Of a stretch of 64,000 bases of DNA, positions 1-8,933 are shown in pieces; within the stretch, counting starts at the first letter, position 1; every line of letters starts with the position of its first letter. The DNA lies in sequence record NC_047815.1; one strand, given 5' to 3'. A program made the translations under genes and the position numbers. Below the pieces are notes generated by a model, which saw nothing but the letters and a program-made list of their open reading frames with translations, was not told the origin of the DNA and ran no database searches.

Positions 1-586
1 AGGCTATCAGGTAGTTGCCGCTGTGTTGCGTGTTGGTGAGAATCACGTTGCGACTGTTATCTCAAGCCTGCTTGACCTTGGCATTATCAGCTACGAAGCC
101 GCTAATCATACCGTGATCATTCCTGGTCTGAGTGTAGGCACAATGCGTACAGCTATTCTTGATTCAGTCACAACTGTTGAGAACAGCCTGATTCAACGTA
201 GCGTTATGTTGCACCTCGCAATCGCAGACGCATTCCCTGAGCTGGCAAACTTTGTTGGTAAGTACAATCTTGCTGCTAACCTGCATGAAGCCGCGCACTT
301 CGGTTCACACTATCAATCAGATGATTATGCATATCTGGCGGACAGCGAATCGATGGAGAAAGCACTCAAGCGTTTGGTCGCTCGTGACTTCCCTGAGTTT
401 GCTGATCAGTATGATGAGATCTCACGTCAGGCGGCATACATTGATGACCTGTTAAGTCTCGATGAAAACTTGTACCCTGTCGCTTGCTCAGTGCGTGCTG
501 TATCAGAGCAACAGCCCGTTGAATTGTGGGATGTTACTGTACCCGCCACCAGCGCTGTTGTTACTAACGGCTTTGTCAGTCATAAC
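1..586 (+). mobile_element. Intein, C-terminal part, in recA
   Basis: Blocks F/G VELWDVTVPATSAVVTNGFVSHN end at 586 with His-Asn, followed by Ser+1 (TCA 587-589). SSLLDLGIIS resembles LAGLIDADG-intein block H. Confidence 0.9.
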
Positions 587-1120
587 TCAGACGTGCGCAT
601 TCGTCTTGCTTCGCGTGCTGTACCTCAAGGCTGGCCGACGCTTAAAGATGAACGTGCTATTGTTGGAGAGAAGTCTGTTACCGTTGAAGGTGGTATTGAC
701 CGCTATCGTTTCATCGCTGCTAAGACCATCAAGAACAAGATGGGCGGCATCCCGAATCAGCAGACGTGGTTACGTTTGTGGGAAGCAGATGGCAATGGCG
801 AAGCGCGTGGCTTTGACCCTGTGTTTGATACGTGGCACTATCTGAAAACGCTTGGTCTAATCAACGGTATGCGCAAGAAGTTCAAGATCAAAGCGCCTTG
901 TCCTATCGCCAGCGATAAAGCGATGGACTGGGATCAGTTCCGTACTCTGATCAACGGAAGCAAAGCACAGATTACAGAAGTCTGTAAAGAACTTGGTGTG
1001 AAGCCTGGCAGTCTTCGCGCTTGGTGCTTCAAATTCATCGCCAGTGAAAAAGGTCAGGCTATGCTGAAAGACAGCATCAGCCGCAGTACCAAACAGAACG
1101 ACGACGAAGACGAAGATTAA
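2..1120 (+). CDS. recA: RecA-family recombinase, 5'-truncated, interrupted by an intein
   Basis: Frame open from the window edge. After the intein, SDVRIRL...KTIKNKMGGIP...GFDPVFDTWHYLKTLGLI matches RecA SVRLDIR...KVVKNK.AAP...GIN...L...LI. Confidence 0.8.
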   Translation, partial: GYQVVAAVLRVGENHVATVISSLLDLGIISYEAANHTVIIPGLSVGTMRTAILDSVTTVENSLIQRSVMLHLAIADAFPELANFVGKYNLAANLHEAAHFGSHYQSDDYAYLADSESMEKALKRLVARDFPEFADQYDEISRQAAYIDDLLSLDENLYPVACSVRAVSEQQPVELWDVTVPATSAVVTNGFVSHNSDVRIRLASRAVPQGWPTLKDERAIVGEKSVTVEGGIDRYRFIAAKTIKNKMGGIPNQQTWLRLWEADGNGEARGFDPVFDTWHYLKTLGLINGMRKKFKIKAPCPIASDKAMDWDQFRTLINGSKAQITEVCKELGVKPGSLRAWCFKFIASEKGQAMLKDSISRSTKQNDDEDED

Positions 1121-1185
1121 TAATCAGCCTGGACAAGGACGTCCACCCAACCTATCTCGATAGCCCACAGCGGCAGGAGAAAACT

Positions 1186-1917
1186 ATGCACGCAATCCAA
1201 ATCGAAAGCCCAGAAGTATTTGAAGGTATTATGCATGGCTTTATGCATAAAGGCATTACACAAGAAGCGCATACGCATTCGTCGCCTGAGGTATTGTACA
1301 TTAGTACCTCAGACAGAGCAGCCGATTTTGAAGTCAAAGGCATTCTGCGTAAAAATTCTGTACCTCACACTTTCATTGCGTGTGGTTACACTTCCATAAT
1401 GAGCCGAATTCGAGGTCGCACTCGCAGCAATATCACTGTGATGCTTTCTCCAGAAGTGCTGCACATAGACCCTATCTTGTTTTGCGGTAAAATGTCTGAA
1501 CTAATCGAATTTGGATCGTGTACCACGCTGATTGCCTTCGGTCCAAACAATGAAGTTATGCTTGAAGCTATCCGCAATCGCATGTACTCGAACTATAAAA
1601 GTCGCAATCCAACATTCGTTGAAGGAAGCGTACAGCTCACGAGTAACCTCAACTTCGAGGAGTTCCGCATGTGTGTTAGTCGTGTAGAAGCCTCCTTGAC
1701 GATAGGTGATTCTAATACTCCACTGTCTCAACTTAGCCGTCAGTATTTCTTTGGCGAAGAATTCTTGGCACTGGACCAACACGAGTTTCATGCCGACCTG
1801 CTGAAAATCGCGCAAAGCATTATGCCTAGCGACAGTATGGTGTTTCATCCTAAGGTACTAGAGCGGTTGTTCCGTGAAGTTCTTTGTAGCTTGAAGCTAA
1901 CGAACGTGATCCTGTAA
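1186..1917 (+). CDS. Hypothetical protein (243 aa)
   Basis: Long ORF, AGGAG SD, followed by terminator. Confidence 0.8.
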   Translation: MHAIQIESPEVFEGIMHGFMHKGITQEAHTHSSPEVLYISTSDRAADFEVKGILRKNSVPHTFIACGYTSIMSRIRGRTRSNITVMLSPEVLHIDPILFCGKMSELIEFGSCTTLIAFGPNNEVMLEAIRNRMYSNYKSRNPTFVEGSVQLTSNLNFEEFRMCVSRVEASLTIGDSNTPLSQLSRQYFFGEEFLALDQHEFHADLLKIAQSIMPSDSMVFHPKVLERLFREVLCSLKLTNVIL

Positions 1918-1931
1918 CACTATAAACAATC

Positions 1932-1954
1932 AGAGCGGCTTCGGTCGCTCTTTT
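1932..1954 (+). terminator. Intrinsic terminator
   Basis: AGAGCGGC-TTCG-GTCGCTCT then TTT. Confidence 0.8.
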
Positions 1955-1972
1955 CATATCTGAGGAACACGT

Positions 1973-2998
1973 ATGTCTGATAAGCCTTGGCACTTAGAAA
2001 TTCACGATTCAACCATCAGCAACAACTTTTCTATCGGCATGAGTCGCAAGCATATGACCGCTGCGTTTGAAAAGTACATCGAAAAGAATAGTGGTCAAAT
2101 TCCATTTTACGCTTTCTCGTTTGAGGAGTTCTGTCGCTGGGCTGGCGATAGACATGTGCCTTGGAAAGATAAACCTGTACGCGCTAGTGTTATGCATAGC
2201 GTGAATCTTATCTACGGACAATTTCTCTGGTCCTTTACCAAAGGTTGTTTCTCACCTGAGAAAGGGCTGCTTGAGTATTTAATAAACAGTGAACTTCCTA
2301 AGACGTTTCCTGTCTCTATGTTGCGTCGTCTGCCTCACTGGTCACAATGGATAAACACAAATCTATGTGTTGATTACACCTCCTCTGGTACAATGTATTC
2401 CATCGAGAGTACAGGATTTTGGGCAACCTACTGCATGATTGAGGGACGCACGAATCTTTCTCTTTTCGGTCTAGGTCTGTTCAAGAATGGAGAGCAAGAC
2501 AGAGAGATTATGAATGTTCAGGCCATGTTTGAGATTGAAGAAGATCGACCAATCGAAGACACTCTGGAAACATTCATGTTTCTTATGGGAAGCGAAGGTA
2601 GATACGGTGTTGAGGAGACGCACCCTGATTACGAAAATATTCGTGATGCTATCATTGCTTGGGTAAAGCAAGCGGCCAACATCATTCTGTTTGTATCGAG
2701 TCAGGTAGATGACCTATACAAAGGCGGTGTCAAGCAAGTACAACCTCGACGTAAAGGTAAAAGCTATAAACTTATGCCTGTCGCTAAAGAGCGTAATTGG
2801 TCTGTCGGCACAGAGTTCCTGAACCCTATACGCGAGTATGAAAAAACTATAGGCACCATGACGTCTATTCAAAAGCGTGCTGCCCATATTCGTCGCGGTC
2901 ACTACCATAGTTTCTGGCGTGGACCTCGCGATGGACAACGTGAATTATTCAGCAAATGGTTGCCACCAACAGTTGTCAGAGGAACTTTAGAAACATAA
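1973..2998 (+). CDS. AcrVA2/FinQ-family protein
   Basis: Colinear motifs LP..FP.S....LP.W, GFWA.Y..IE, WSVG and C-terminal HIRRGHYHSFWRGP...KWLPPTVV match AcrVA2 as recalled; GAGGA SD. Confidence 0.7.
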   Translation: MSDKPWHLEIHDSTISNNFSIGMSRKHMTAAFEKYIEKNSGQIPFYAFSFEEFCRWAGDRHVPWKDKPVRASVMHSVNLIYGQFLWSFTKGCFSPEKGLLEYLINSELPKTFPVSMLRRLPHWSQWINTNLCVDYTSSGTMYSIESTGFWATYCMIEGRTNLSLFGLGLFKNGEQDREIMNVQAMFEIEEDRPIEDTLETFMFLMGSEGRYGVEETHPDYENIRDAIIAWVKQAANIILFVSSQVDDLYKGGVKQVQPRRKGKSYKLMPVAKERNWSVGTEFLNPIREYEKTIGTMTSIQKRAAHIRRGHYHSFWRGPRDGQRELFSKWLPPTVVRGTLET

Positions 2999-3043
2999 GA
3001 ATATTCTTAGTCCTTTTCTCTAATTTAAACACGTTGGCAAGAA

Positions 3044-3349
3044 GTGCTGACGCTGATTATTAATTGGGGAATTATTTTTATGTGTGTTCGATCTCTGGTG
3101 AAACTGGCATACTGCGAACGCCGCGCCGAGTGGTGTAAGCCTTATGTTAATGCATCCCTGTCTCAAACCAAGACAGCCCAGAAGGTAGACTGTTCTGCAT
3201 TTACAACAGCTATGAAGGGTTGTCGTCCTGTTCAACTATCTCCCAATCTCGTCAACTTTTATCGTGAAAACGAATTGGTTGGACAGACTGTATGGAAAGA
3301 AGAAGAAGGCGATAGTGAATTGCAGTTCCGTCTGCTCACAGCACATTAG
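3044..3349 (+). CDS. Small hypothetical protein, hydrophobic N-terminus
   Basis: ORF track; alternative ATG at 3080. Confidence 0.6.
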   Translation: MLTLIINWGIIFMCVRSLVKLAYCERRAEWCKPYVNASLSQTKTAQKVDCSAFTTAMKGCRPVQLSPNLVNFYRENELVGQTVWKEEEGDSELQFRLLTAH

Positions 3350-3437
3350 TACATAGGGCACTTGAGATTATTCTCGGTGCCCTTTCTCTTTTGTATGCTA
3401 ATTTCGATGACAAGACACAACCACAACGGAGAATGTC

Positions 3438-4097
3438 ATGGAAATCATTGTATCGCTGTCTTTTCAGCAGCCGAAAGAACCGCCCATCATCAGTTATGAT
3501 CCGCAAAAAGCTCCTCATGTGAATGACAACAGCAAGCCCGGTCAAGTGTTTGACTTGCACACGCTGCAACAGATGAGCTACCTCGACATGCGTAAAGTTC
3601 GAGGTGACGGTGGTGCGAAGTATGCTAAGGTGATTGCTGACTGGCTTAATGGTCAACGCAACATTGAAGTAAAGTTCCGTGTATCAAAGCGTAGCAAGAT
3701 CTCGATCGAGGTCAAGAACACAAAGCAAGAAGCAGCACGCTATACCACTGTGTATCTTCTTAGCCCAGAACGTTCAAAGTCCAAGAGCTGGATGCTGATT
3801 GGCGAAGGCCCGCACAACAACGTCAACTCTGTAGACCTTGGTGGTCGCTTGCAGCCTGACGTATTGTACGCAACAGCACGCAGTTTGCTTGGAGCGCATT
3901 TGCCTACTGACGAGTGGCCAGGAGACAACACTTGTGAGCAGGTAATTTTCAAGTTCGACAAGATGCGTAAAGAACATAAAACTGTTCCTGATCGTGCTTA
4001 CCGTTACGTAAACAAAAACGAATCCCAGATAATCACCATGATGCAAGATGGCATGAGCATCGATGCGATTGTGGCTTGGGTACTTAAACAAAGCTGA
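3438..4097 (+). CDS. Hypothetical protein
   Basis: GGAG SD, 219 aa. Confidence 0.8.
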   Translation: MEIIVSLSFQQPKEPPIISYDPQKAPHVNDNSKPGQVFDLHTLQQMSYLDMRKVRGDGGAKYAKVIADWLNGQRNIEVKFRVSKRSKISIEVKNTKQEAARYTTVYLLSPERSKSKSWMLIGEGPHNNVNSVDLGGRLQPDVLYATARSLLGAHLPTDEWPGDNTCEQVIFKFDKMRKEHKTVPDRAYRYVNKNESQIITMMQDGMSIDAIVAWVLKQS

Positions 4098-4104
4098 GGA
4101 AACT

Positions 4105-5562
4105 ATGAGCATCATTTCATTATCGGCCACAGCCGCACAGAAGGACGCTGCCGTCTATTTGTTTGGCTCTAAAGGGCACAGCATTATCGCTGCTATTGAA
4201 GCACTGGCTAAGTCCAAAGAACTCAACACTCCTCATCTGAATGGTCTGATGGCCATGCTGAAAGAAGCGGAAGATGATGAGATCATCAAGTTCAAAAACA
4301 GCGCTGGTGGCAAAAAGTCTATTGAGGCTGCAAAGCAGTTAGTTACGGCCAAGACTCTGGTAACCAGCATCAAGGCGCTGCGTGCTGTTAAGGTTCCGTC
4401 TAAGTGGATTCCTAATCACGATGACGTCAAGAACCAAGCTGTATCTGAAACCGTTGTGCATCGCGCTACTGGTCGCGGTACTCGTCCGAAGAAAGCTGAA
4501 CAGATGGTAAATCCTCAGGCACCTGAAGCAGAGGAGATTGATGACTACGCACAGTACGCAGACATTAAAAATCTAGCTGCCAAAGTTCAGGACGCTCTCG
4601 AAGAAGATCATGAGATGGACGTCAAGATTACTGGTCATGCTGCGAAAGGTAAAGGTTCTTCTGCATATATGGAGGTTAAACAAGGGCGTCGTGTATTAGG
4701 TTCAATCTTTGTTCCTTACGCCGGTCGTCAAGTCCGCAGTGGTGAGTGGTTTAACGCGTCCGAAATCACGATGCAAGTCGAAAGTTTCGAACACAACGAC
4801 ATGGTTTATGATAAGATGAAGGGCTTAGGTCTTATCGACGTTGCTGGGTCAATCGCTGACAAGTTTGCAGAGCTTGCAGAGAAAGCTAACAAAGGTCCAG
4901 ATACAACTTCTCGTCGTAAAGATGGTGCTCGTATGGAAGCAGTAACCAGCGATTACCCTAACAGTTTTAGAATTGACCCAGAGCGTAACCCTGGATTAAT
5001 TGCTAAGATTGATCCTTACTTTAATAAAATTTCAGGCAAGAAAAACAGATCTGTTCAAGCCCGAGGTATTGTCAACTTCTCGTTTGCTACCAAACGTGAT
5101 ATGAACAGCGTGATTAAACAGTTTGACCTGACTTTGAACGCTATCGGTGATGCATTCTATCACCCACCAAGAGTTGTTGGCAGCGTAGTGCCTAGTAAAA
5201 CTGCGGCCAAACGCACTACGACAAATTCAGACCTGTTTACGATCGGTAACGGTGCTACTACCGTTAAATCTGTCAAGCGTGTCAATAACGGTGGCATTGA
5301 AATTCAATTCGCTGGTCCGAAGCCTTCATCAGTTCTCGTCAGTACAGAAGATGAATGGTTAGTAGTTGAGAACAAGCGTGGCGGTCAGAGTGGTTGGGAC
5401 GTTGCTGCGGAATTCTTGAACAAAGCAATCGTTGCCGCAGGTTCTTCTGTTGTTGAGCAGTCAGACCAAGCGGGCTATGAAGGATTTAAGCTGCCTAATG
5501 ATGCGGAAGTTGATAAGGTTATTGCTTATCTCGCCAAACTTAAAATCAACGCAAAAAAGTAA
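4105..5562 (+). CDS. Modular hypothetical protein (485 aa); probable -1 frameshift extends it to 5942
   Basis: GAGGA SD before ATG 4105; ends GCA AAA AAG TAA. Confidence 0.8.
   Translation: MSIISLSATAAQKDAAVYLFGSKGHSIIAAIEALAKSKELNTPHLNGLMAMLKEAEDDEIIKFKNSAGGKKSIEAAKQLVTAKTLVTSIKALRAVKVPSKWIPNHDDVKNQAVSETVVHRATGRGTRPKKAEQMVNPQAPEAEEIDDYAQYADIKNLAAKVQDALEEDHEMDVKITGHAAKGKGSSAYMEVKQGRRVLGSIFVPYAGRQVRSGEWFNASEITMQVESFEHNDMVYDKMKGLGLIDVAGSIADKFAELAEKANKGPDTTSRRKDGARMEAVTSDYPNSFRIDPERNPGLIAKIDPYFNKISGKKNRSVQARGIVNFSFATKRDMNSVIKQFDLTLNAIGDAFYHPPRVVGSVVPSKTAAKRTTTNSDLFTIGNGATTVKSVKRVNNGGIEIQFAGPKPSSVLVSTEDEWLVVENKRGGQSGWDVAAEFLNKAIVAAGSSVVEQSDQAGYEGFKLPNDAEVDKVIAYLAKLKINAKK
5553..5562 (+). other. 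Candidate -1 programmed frameshift site A_AAA_AAG then TAA
   Basis: Heptamer in the correct phase; -1 frame open from 5544 to 5942. Confidence 0.6.
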
Positions 5563-5942
5563 CAAGCGAGCCTGAGTCAACAACGACAAACAAATCTACA
5601 GCAACGCTGGTGGATGAGTTGTCCGAGATGCAGCCTCGCAAGTTCAGTAAGCTGAATAGCTTTGATCGATATAGCTACATGAAGGCACTGCGTGATATGG
5701 TGCACGATGCCATGCCTGCTGATGCCGACATACAAGTTGTATTGACTGACAACGATACGCGTCTGACGATCAGTAATGGTCGTCGCAAGACCTATCAGTT
5801 CTACATCAAAGGCAATAGCTGGATCATGTACGATCAGTCTGACAAATCCGAATCAAAGATGGGTGATTCCATCGATGTTTCTGAATTGATTGAGGTTGCA
5901 CATGAAACAGCAAACACCTCAAGTCTAATCAAGTTCAAATAA
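5559..5942 (+). CDS. Frameshift extension / downstream ORF (track 5610..5942)
   Basis: No convincing SD/ATG; reads VTSEPESTTTNKSTATLVDELSEM...; resembles an internal domain of the upstream ORF. Confidence 0.65.
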   Translation, partial: VTSEPESTTTNKSTATLVDELSEMQPRKFSKLNSFDRYSYMKALRDMVHDAMPADADIQVVLTDNDTRLTISNGRRKTYQFYIKGNSWIMYDQSDKSESKMGDSIDVSELIEVAHETANTSSLIKFK

Positions 5943-5945
5943 CCA

Positions 5946-5969
5946 AAAGGGTACCTTCGGGTGCCCTTT
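5946..5969 (+). terminator. Intrinsic terminator
   Basis: AAAGGGTACC-TTCG-GGTGCCCTTT. Confidence 0.75.
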
Positions 5970-6226
5970 CACCGTTCTGTAACAAAATTTACAATCCAAT
6001 CATAAATAACCTATACAGGCCCGTCAGCCGAGTTGTGTCGTGTTTAACTCACAAGTTACCCTGCCTGTATCGCCACTATTGGTATAACTCTAGTACAGTT
6101 CGGTACGTCCGAAATCGATCTGAATCTTTCCTCTTGTTTTATCGTTAATTAAGCAGAGTAGGCAAGCTACCTACACACACTTATCTAGGCAAATTTGCTA
6201 TCGGTTAACACCAAGAGGAATATTCC

Positions 6227-8041
6227 ATGATCGAAGTAAACAGTTTTGATGAACTTCGCAAAACAGCTCCAAGCAAAGCTGGTGACCTTGCGATTTTGAA
6301 ACGCTACTACGACAAAGACAGCAAGTTCCGTGGCGGCGGTTGGTTCATCGGCTTCCCACAAACAAACGTACCTGCTGATGACGGTGGTATCAATGCCGTT
6401 GATGCAAACAAGAAATTCTTTTGGCAGCGCGTTGTAAACGATCCAGAAGAGATTAACATCATGCACTTCGGCGGCAAGTGCGATGGCAAGACCGATGACT
6501 CAGACGCATTCCGTCGCAACTTCATGTGGGTATACAACATGAAAGACGGCAGTGATACCTTAGGCGTTAAATTGCCTTCAGGTACCACTATGCTCAAGCC
6601 TATGGACTTTACTGATCTCGGTGAAGTACCTGTGTTCGCTGTGTATGGTGACACGCGCTGTACCAAAGGCTGGCGACCACGCGTCAAGATTATCAGTGAC
6701 AAGTCCGACCAAAACGTGTTCAAAGTAAAAGCGCGTCGCATGATCATTCAAGGCATCAACTGGAATGGTCAGTGTACTGCTGACACTACAAAGAACACGG
6801 GCGCCATTCCTCCTGAACTGCGTTCAAACAATCAGATCTTTTTTGAAAACATTTGCACCATGGGTCAATACATTGGTGTTCACTGTTTCCGTGCTGAGAA
6901 CAACGGTGGCTCCGCATTGAAGTTTCAAGACACCATTGATACTTCAATCACAGAGATCTACGGCTCTAAAAGCTATGGCGCCGTGATTGAAGCCAAGTGG
7001 TCAAACACAGTGCAAGCAGGTTGGAATCACTCTACTGCTGTGCGTCTTGAGAACGGTAACTTCCAGTACGGCTACGGTCCTGCTGTGCTTGATATGCCGC
7101 GCATGACTCAGGCATTCATGAAGAACATCTGGATTGAGCACACTCGCTTCCCAGGTAACTTGAATGATGGTCAGTGGGTATTCGAAGGTAACTCTATCGA
7201 GAGTTCTGACAATCCACTTAACCTTGCTAACACTCGTTGCGTTATCAACGGCTTCTACTTCCAGGGTAAAGGTACCATGAATCTGGAACGTGCTAAGAGC
7301 CCTGATAACTGGTTGAGTGGTTACGAGCGTGGTAACATTCGCACAGAGACCTATGGTATCATCATGACCGATAGCTGTTTCCGTGCTGGCTACTACACTG
7401 GCTACAAGATTACGAACAACACTGACCAAGACAAGTGGTTCTACATCGGCAGTTTCTCTTTCCCTAAAATGAATCAGATCTGGGAGATTGAACTGTTGGG
7501 TAAAGCTGGTGGCACCGTACCAAATGCGAAAAGCCAACAGCCTGTCGATATGACTGGTATGGGTCGTCGCGTTATCACGATGCAGCGTTGCAACACTCCT
7601 AACAAGAAAGTGTATGCTGATATGCGTCAAGAAGGCACAGATGGTATTGCAGATGTTGTGTACCAGCGTCTGTGGGAAGATTACGGCAAAGTGTTTATTA
7701 AGCTGAAAGCCAACAGCGGTGACACTATCTTCAATCTGACAACTACTGGTCCAACTCGCTTTGAAGCTGGTCAGTGTACGTTGTTCTCCGACGGTCCATG
7801 TGAATGTGTTGACGATCTGCTGACTGAAATGACAACCAGCGTAGAGAAGAATCAGAAAGACTATGCTCGTCCTCAAAATCGTTTCAGTCTCCACAATGGT
7901 CTTGCTGGCATCGGCGCAAACGAACAGGGTGTGCTGACCATGCAGACGGCAGAAGGTAAGGCGCCGAAAGATCTTACCAAACCAGCGGGATATACCACTA
8001 TCAACATTAACGGCGTTGATCGTGTGATCCCATACTTCTAA
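6227..8041 (+). CDS. AmsF/WceF-like tailspike-fold (beta-helix) glycan-binding/depolymerase protein
   Basis: VNSFDELRKT.P...GGG.F, HFGGKCDGKTDDSDAF (pectate-lyase-3-like N-terminal motif), WNHSTA, MPR.TQ, IWIEHT; no signal peptide. Confidence 0.6.
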   Translation: MIEVNSFDELRKTAPSKAGDLAILKRYYDKDSKFRGGGWFIGFPQTNVPADDGGINAVDANKKFFWQRVVNDPEEINIMHFGGKCDGKTDDSDAFRRNFMWVYNMKDGSDTLGVKLPSGTTMLKPMDFTDLGEVPVFAVYGDTRCTKGWRPRVKIISDKSDQNVFKVKARRMIIQGINWNGQCTADTTKNTGAIPPELRSNNQIFFENICTMGQYIGVHCFRAENNGGSALKFQDTIDTSITEIYGSKSYGAVIEAKWSNTVQAGWNHSTAVRLENGNFQYGYGPAVLDMPRMTQAFMKNIWIEHTRFPGNLNDGQWVFEGNSIESSDNPLNLANTRCVINGFYFQGKGTMNLERAKSPDNWLSGYERGNIRTETYGIIMTDSCFRAGYYTGYKITNNTDQDKWFYIGSFSFPKMNQIWEIELLGKAGGTVPNAKSQQPVDMTGMGRRVITMQRCNTPNKKVYADMRQEGTDGIADVVYQRLWEDYGKVFIKLKANSGDTIFNLTTTGPTRFEAGQCTLFSDGPCECVDDLLTEMTTSVEKNQKDYARPQNRFSLHNGLAGIGANEQGVLTMQTAEGKAPKDLTKPAGYTTININGVDRVIPYF

Positions 8042-8055
8042 TAAAGAGGCTTACC

Positions 8056-8298
8056 ATGACCTACAAACTGGAACTCCAAGTTGATGAACAGAATGAACAG
8101 GCACTGACTCAGGAAATCGCAGAGTATGCGGACAAGCATGACATTTCCTATGTTGTAGAGCCTAGTGAATCTGGTAAAAGCACTGTCACTTTCGAATCTG
8201 CTGAACGCCAACCGTTGGTAGATTTAATCGAACAGGCATACGCGCCTGATGATGACGCTGAACACCAGCAGTACATCGACAAAATCCACGAAGTATAA
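8056..8298 (+). CDS. Small acidic protein, paralog of 8625..8882
   Basis: GAGG SD; alignable with 8625 ORF. Confidence 0.8.
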   Translation: MTYKLELQVDEQNEQALTQEIAEYADKHDISYVVEPSESGKSTVTFESAERQPLVDLIEQAYAPDDDAEHQQYIDKIHEV

Positions 8299-8309
8299 TC
8301 AACATCAAC

Positions 8310-8334
8310 GGGCTGCCTTCGGGTGGCCCTTTTT
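8310..8334 (+). terminator. Intrinsic terminator
   Basis: GGGCTGCC-TTCG-GGTGGCCC-TTTTT. Confidence 0.85.
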
Positions 8335-8508
8335 GTTTTTCTACACCCACAACTCTTGTGCTTTAAAGACCTTAGACGTGCTTAGTCTTGGAAACAGTCC
8401 GGGCACCGAAAACTACAAATCTGTGGTCAAAATAATCGCAGAAATCACTAGACAAATCTTTCTCAACCTGATAGACGCGGCAGTCGAAAATCTTTTTTGA
8501 AAAAGTGC

Positions 8509-8536
8509 TTGCAACATGTGTTCAGCATGATATTAT
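8509..8536 (+). promoter_or_regulatory. Sigma70-type promoter
   Basis: TTGCAA-16nt-TATTAT with extended -10 TG, intergenic. Confidence 0.65.
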
Positions 8537-8624
8537 GCAATCTCAGTAAGACGCAGCGCAGACAACGCAGCGACTTACAAACGCTCTTTAACAATATGAC
8601 TAATCAACTAAGAGAGAAAATCTT

Positions 8625-8882
8625 ATGACTACTTTTAATTCTTTTGCCGTAGAACTCGATGTGATCGCTGATAACAAGTTTGATGTGCCGCGTGATATTG
8701 TAGAATATTGTGAGGCTAATAACGTCGGCCTGTTTGTAGCAGTCAGAAAAGACGTAGACAATTTGCCTATCGTTTTCACAGCGTCGAGCCGTGATGATCT
8801 TGTACAGATGATCAACACAGTTTACGAAAAAGAAGATCGTGAGCAGCAAGAATTTTTCGCAACAATGATCAAAGCATTCTGA
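8625..8882 (+). CDS. Small acidic protein, paralog of 8056..8298
   Basis: ORF downstream of promoter. Confidence 0.8.
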   Translation: MTTFNSFAVELDVIADNKFDVPRDIVEYCEANNVGLFVAVRKDVDNLPIVFTASSRDDLVQMINTVYEKEDREQQEFFATMIKAF

Positions 8883-8890
8883 TAAAACTT

Positions 8891-8919
8891 AGGCGATGGC
8901 GTTTTGCTGTCGCCTTTTT
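8891..8919 (+). terminator. Intrinsic terminator
   Basis: AGGCGATGGC-GTTTT-GCTGTCGCCT-TTTT. Confidence 0.75.
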
Positions 8920-8933
8920 CATAGGGTTGAAAA

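Noticed and set aside
6011-6175. CRISPR-repeat mimic (Racr) of type I-F
   Set aside because: Only short partial matches (TACAGGC, TAGGCAAGCT) to the 28-nt repeat; no intact repeat hairpin or handle.
8416-8467. Twelfth full GGTCAAAA promoter
   Set aside because: Box is perfect but the +37 position reads CTCAAC, not a -10; kept only as an orphan box.
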